Source: Deltaproteobacteria bacterium (GTDB lineage: Bacteria > Lernaellota > Lernaellaia > JACKCT01). From it: a stretch of 64,000 bases of DNA. Made by a program: the position numbers and the translations under genes. The DNA is taken from positions 15,897 to 79,896 of the forward strand of contig JADLEX010000094.1 in the NCBI GenBank assembly GCA_020845895.1. Reading direction: 5' to 3'. The notes beneath the pieces were generated by a model that was not told where the DNA came from, ran no database searches, and saw only the letters and a list, made by a program, of their open reading frames with translations. Below, in pieces: positions 62,131-64,000 of this stretch (within the stretch, counting starts at the first letter, position 1; every line of letters begins with the position of its first letter).

Positions 62131-62160
62131 TTGACACGCAAACGGGCGTTCTGCTATGAA
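62131..62160 (+). promoter_or_regulatory. Sigma-70 promoter for tRNA-Asp
   Basis: TTGACA-N18-TATGAA with extended TG. Confidence 0.55.
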
Positions 62161-62202
62161 ACGCTCCGTCGTCCGTCGAGGTTTTCGCCGAAACGGCGGC
62201 AT

Positions 62203-62276
<74 letters not shown>

Positions 62277-62284
62277 TCCCGAAG

Positions 62285-62316
62285 AAGCCCGCAACCGATT
62301 GACGTTGCGGGCTTTT
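62285..62316 (+). terminator. Rho-independent terminator after the tRNA
   Basis: AAGCCCGCAAC-N8-GTTGCGGGCTT followed by TT. Confidence 0.75.
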
Positions 62317-62347
62317 CCATTTTCCGCCGATGCGCGCACTCCCGAAT

Positions 62348-62366
62348 GTGACCCAAACGTGACCAA
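62348..62366. repeat. Tandem GTGACC(C)AA direct repeat, possible integrase arm-type site
   Basis: GTGACCCAAAC GTGACCAA, 11-bp period, just past the tRNA terminator. Confidence 0.45.
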
Positions 62367-62509
62367 GGAGCCTTTCTCCAGATGCACAGGAACGTCTCCT
62401 GGATGGCGACGCGCGTGGGCGATCGTCGCGCTTCCTTGACCCTTCCTGTCACGCGGCGGGAGTATAAGTGGGCAGGTAACCTTCGCCCCATCAACGGGGA
62501 GAAATAATC

Positions 62510-63508
62510 ATGAGCTTCGGATTTGACGCTAGGCGAAAGCAAGCGGTTTTCCGCCAAACGCTTAGCACGGCGGCCCGGACACCGACCGACGACAAAATGA
62601 GGCGCAACAGACATCTGCTTGCCCACGGGTGCGAAGAAGAGAATCTCATGCCCTGCTTGCGTGGTCCGGGTGGCGCAACCGACTTCTTCGGCAAGCGCAG
62701 CATCGAATGGTGGAATGACCCTGAGCGGACCGGCGACAGAGCGGGTGCGGCTCCGACGCGCAACCTAGCGAGCTCGCAGGTCGCCTGCGTGAACTTCCTC
62801 CTACCGCTCGCCTCCATTCCCGATGCACTCTTGGAAGTGCTGCGTGCCATCGACTCCGACGTCATCGAAGTCGTGCCCATCGTCGACTGGGACGGGAACT
62901 CGTCACCCGTCGAGTTCGAATGGATCGGATGGAGAAAGCCGCTGGAAGGCGGCCAGTTTATTCGTGGCAAGTACAAAACCAGCGCCGATGCAGTGATCGT
63001 CGCGCGCACTCCGAGTGGACAGCGTGCCTACGTGTTCGAGTGGAAGTATAGCGAGAAGTACAAGGGAGAGCCGCTCCATGGCAACGACGACACGCGACGC
63101 GGTTGGTACGCGGCCCGCTTCGCCGCGCCGACCTCCGCGTTCATCGGCGCCGCACCCCTCGACGACTTCCTCTTCGAGCCGTGCTACCAGATCATGCGCC
63201 TGCTGCTGCTCGCCGACCGCATGATGGAAGAAGGCGTCACGCGGGACCTGCGCGTCGACGAGGCGCGGGTCGTCGTGGCCTGCCCCGCCGCCAACGACGA
63301 CTATCGGCGCATCGTGAAGAAGACGCAGCTCGCGCGGCGCTTCCCACATCTGGACATGGTGGAGGAAGTCGTCCGGGCGACACTCAAGGAGCCGGGGCGG
63401 TTCTCCATCGTCGCGCAGGAGAACCTCGTCGCCACGCTACGGGCGTCTACGCTCGCGCCGAGTCTTGCGTTCTGGCTGGACTACCATCGGGAGCGCTACG
63501 GCTGGTGA
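62510..63508 (+). CDS. PD-(D/E)xK restriction-endonuclease-like protein (PGN_0703-like)
   Basis: NLASSQVACVNF, TSAD...YVFEWKYSE (D...ExK), YQIMR.LLLA; family name from memory. Confidence 0.7.
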   Translation: MSFGFDARRKQAVFRQTLSTAARTPTDDKMRRNRHLLAHGCEEENLMPCLRGPGGATDFFGKRSIEWWNDPERTGDRAGAAPTRNLASSQVACVNFLLPLASIPDALLEVLRAIDSDVIEVVPIVDWDGNSSPVEFEWIGWRKPLEGGQFIRGKYKTSADAVIVARTPSGQRAYVFEWKYSEKYKGEPLHGNDDTRRGWYAARFAAPTSAFIGAAPLDDFLFEPCYQIMRLLLLADRMMEEGVTRDLRVDEARVVVACPAANDDYRRIVKKTQLARRFPHLDMVEEVVRATLKEPGRFSIVAQENLVATLRASTLAPSLAFWLDYHRERYGW

Positions 63509-63522
63509 GTGGCGATAGTGGG

Positions 63523-64000
63523 TCAGCCGCGCCCCGGCACCCTCGTCGCCTCGGGAAACGGCACGACGACTCCCCCCTCGAGCGCGACGCGGAAACCGCT
63601 GCCGAGCGCCTCGACGGCGTCGCGCGTCGCGGTCGGGTACAGGTGGCTGTACCGCTCGGTCATCTGAACCGTCGCATGGCCGAGCAGTTCCTGGACGACG
63701 CGCAGGGGCGTTCCCCTCATCACGAGCTGCGACGCGAACGAGTGCCTGAGGTCGTGGAAGCGGATGCGTTTCAAGTCGGCCCGCTTTATGACGCGCGCGA
63801 ACGGTTTCCTATGGCTGTTGCAGGTCAAGGTGTCGTCGATCCCCGACAGAAAGACCCGCCCATTCGGGTCTTTCCCTCGGCGGTGGCGCGCCAGAACGTC
63901 GGCGAGGAAGGCGTTGATCGGGACGTAGCGATTCCGCCCGCTCTTCGTCGACCCCTCGCAGCCGCGCCAAATCGCCCGCCGGATCAGTACGATACCGCGC
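63523..64000 (-). mobile_element. int: Phage/ICE-type tyrosine integrase, C-terminal part (5' end outside window)
   Basis: Frame open to the edge: STKSGRNRYVP, RFHDLRHSFASQLV, QELLGHATVQMTERYSH. Confidence 0.92.

Overview
High-GC bacterial chromosomal segment; the gene content (sigma-54/HprK/PTS-Ntr cluster, DUF1571, PhoB next to pstSCAB-phoU) suggests a deltaproteobacterial-type (Myxococcota/Desulfobacterota-like) organism, which is an inference. Housekeeping blocks: rpoN-hpf-ptsN-hprK-rapZ-EIIA-ptsH-ptsI, tilS, two PPIases with pdxA, uvrA, bioBF, rpmH-rnpA-yidD-yidC-jag, an ECF transporter, phoB-pstSCAB-phoU, uvrB, purM and tRNA-Asp. The right edge is an integrase-bearing island border. Best candidate for an undescribed system: a compact operon at 56.25-57.06 kb with an ArsR-family repressor and two small proteins that each have an in-frame UGA followed exactly 12 nt later by a SECIS-like hairpin. 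These are a probable membrane-anchored UxxxxC selenoprotein missed by the ORF track and an FmdB-type zinc ribbon ending in -F-T-U-G. Other points of interest: an AT-richer operon with a frameshift-split subtilase whose triad appears to be Glu-His-Ser, an orphan sigma-54-driven flgB, palindrome-flanked Xer-like and phage CII-like genes, and a REP doublet. All family assignments come from motif recognition by eye; no searches were run.
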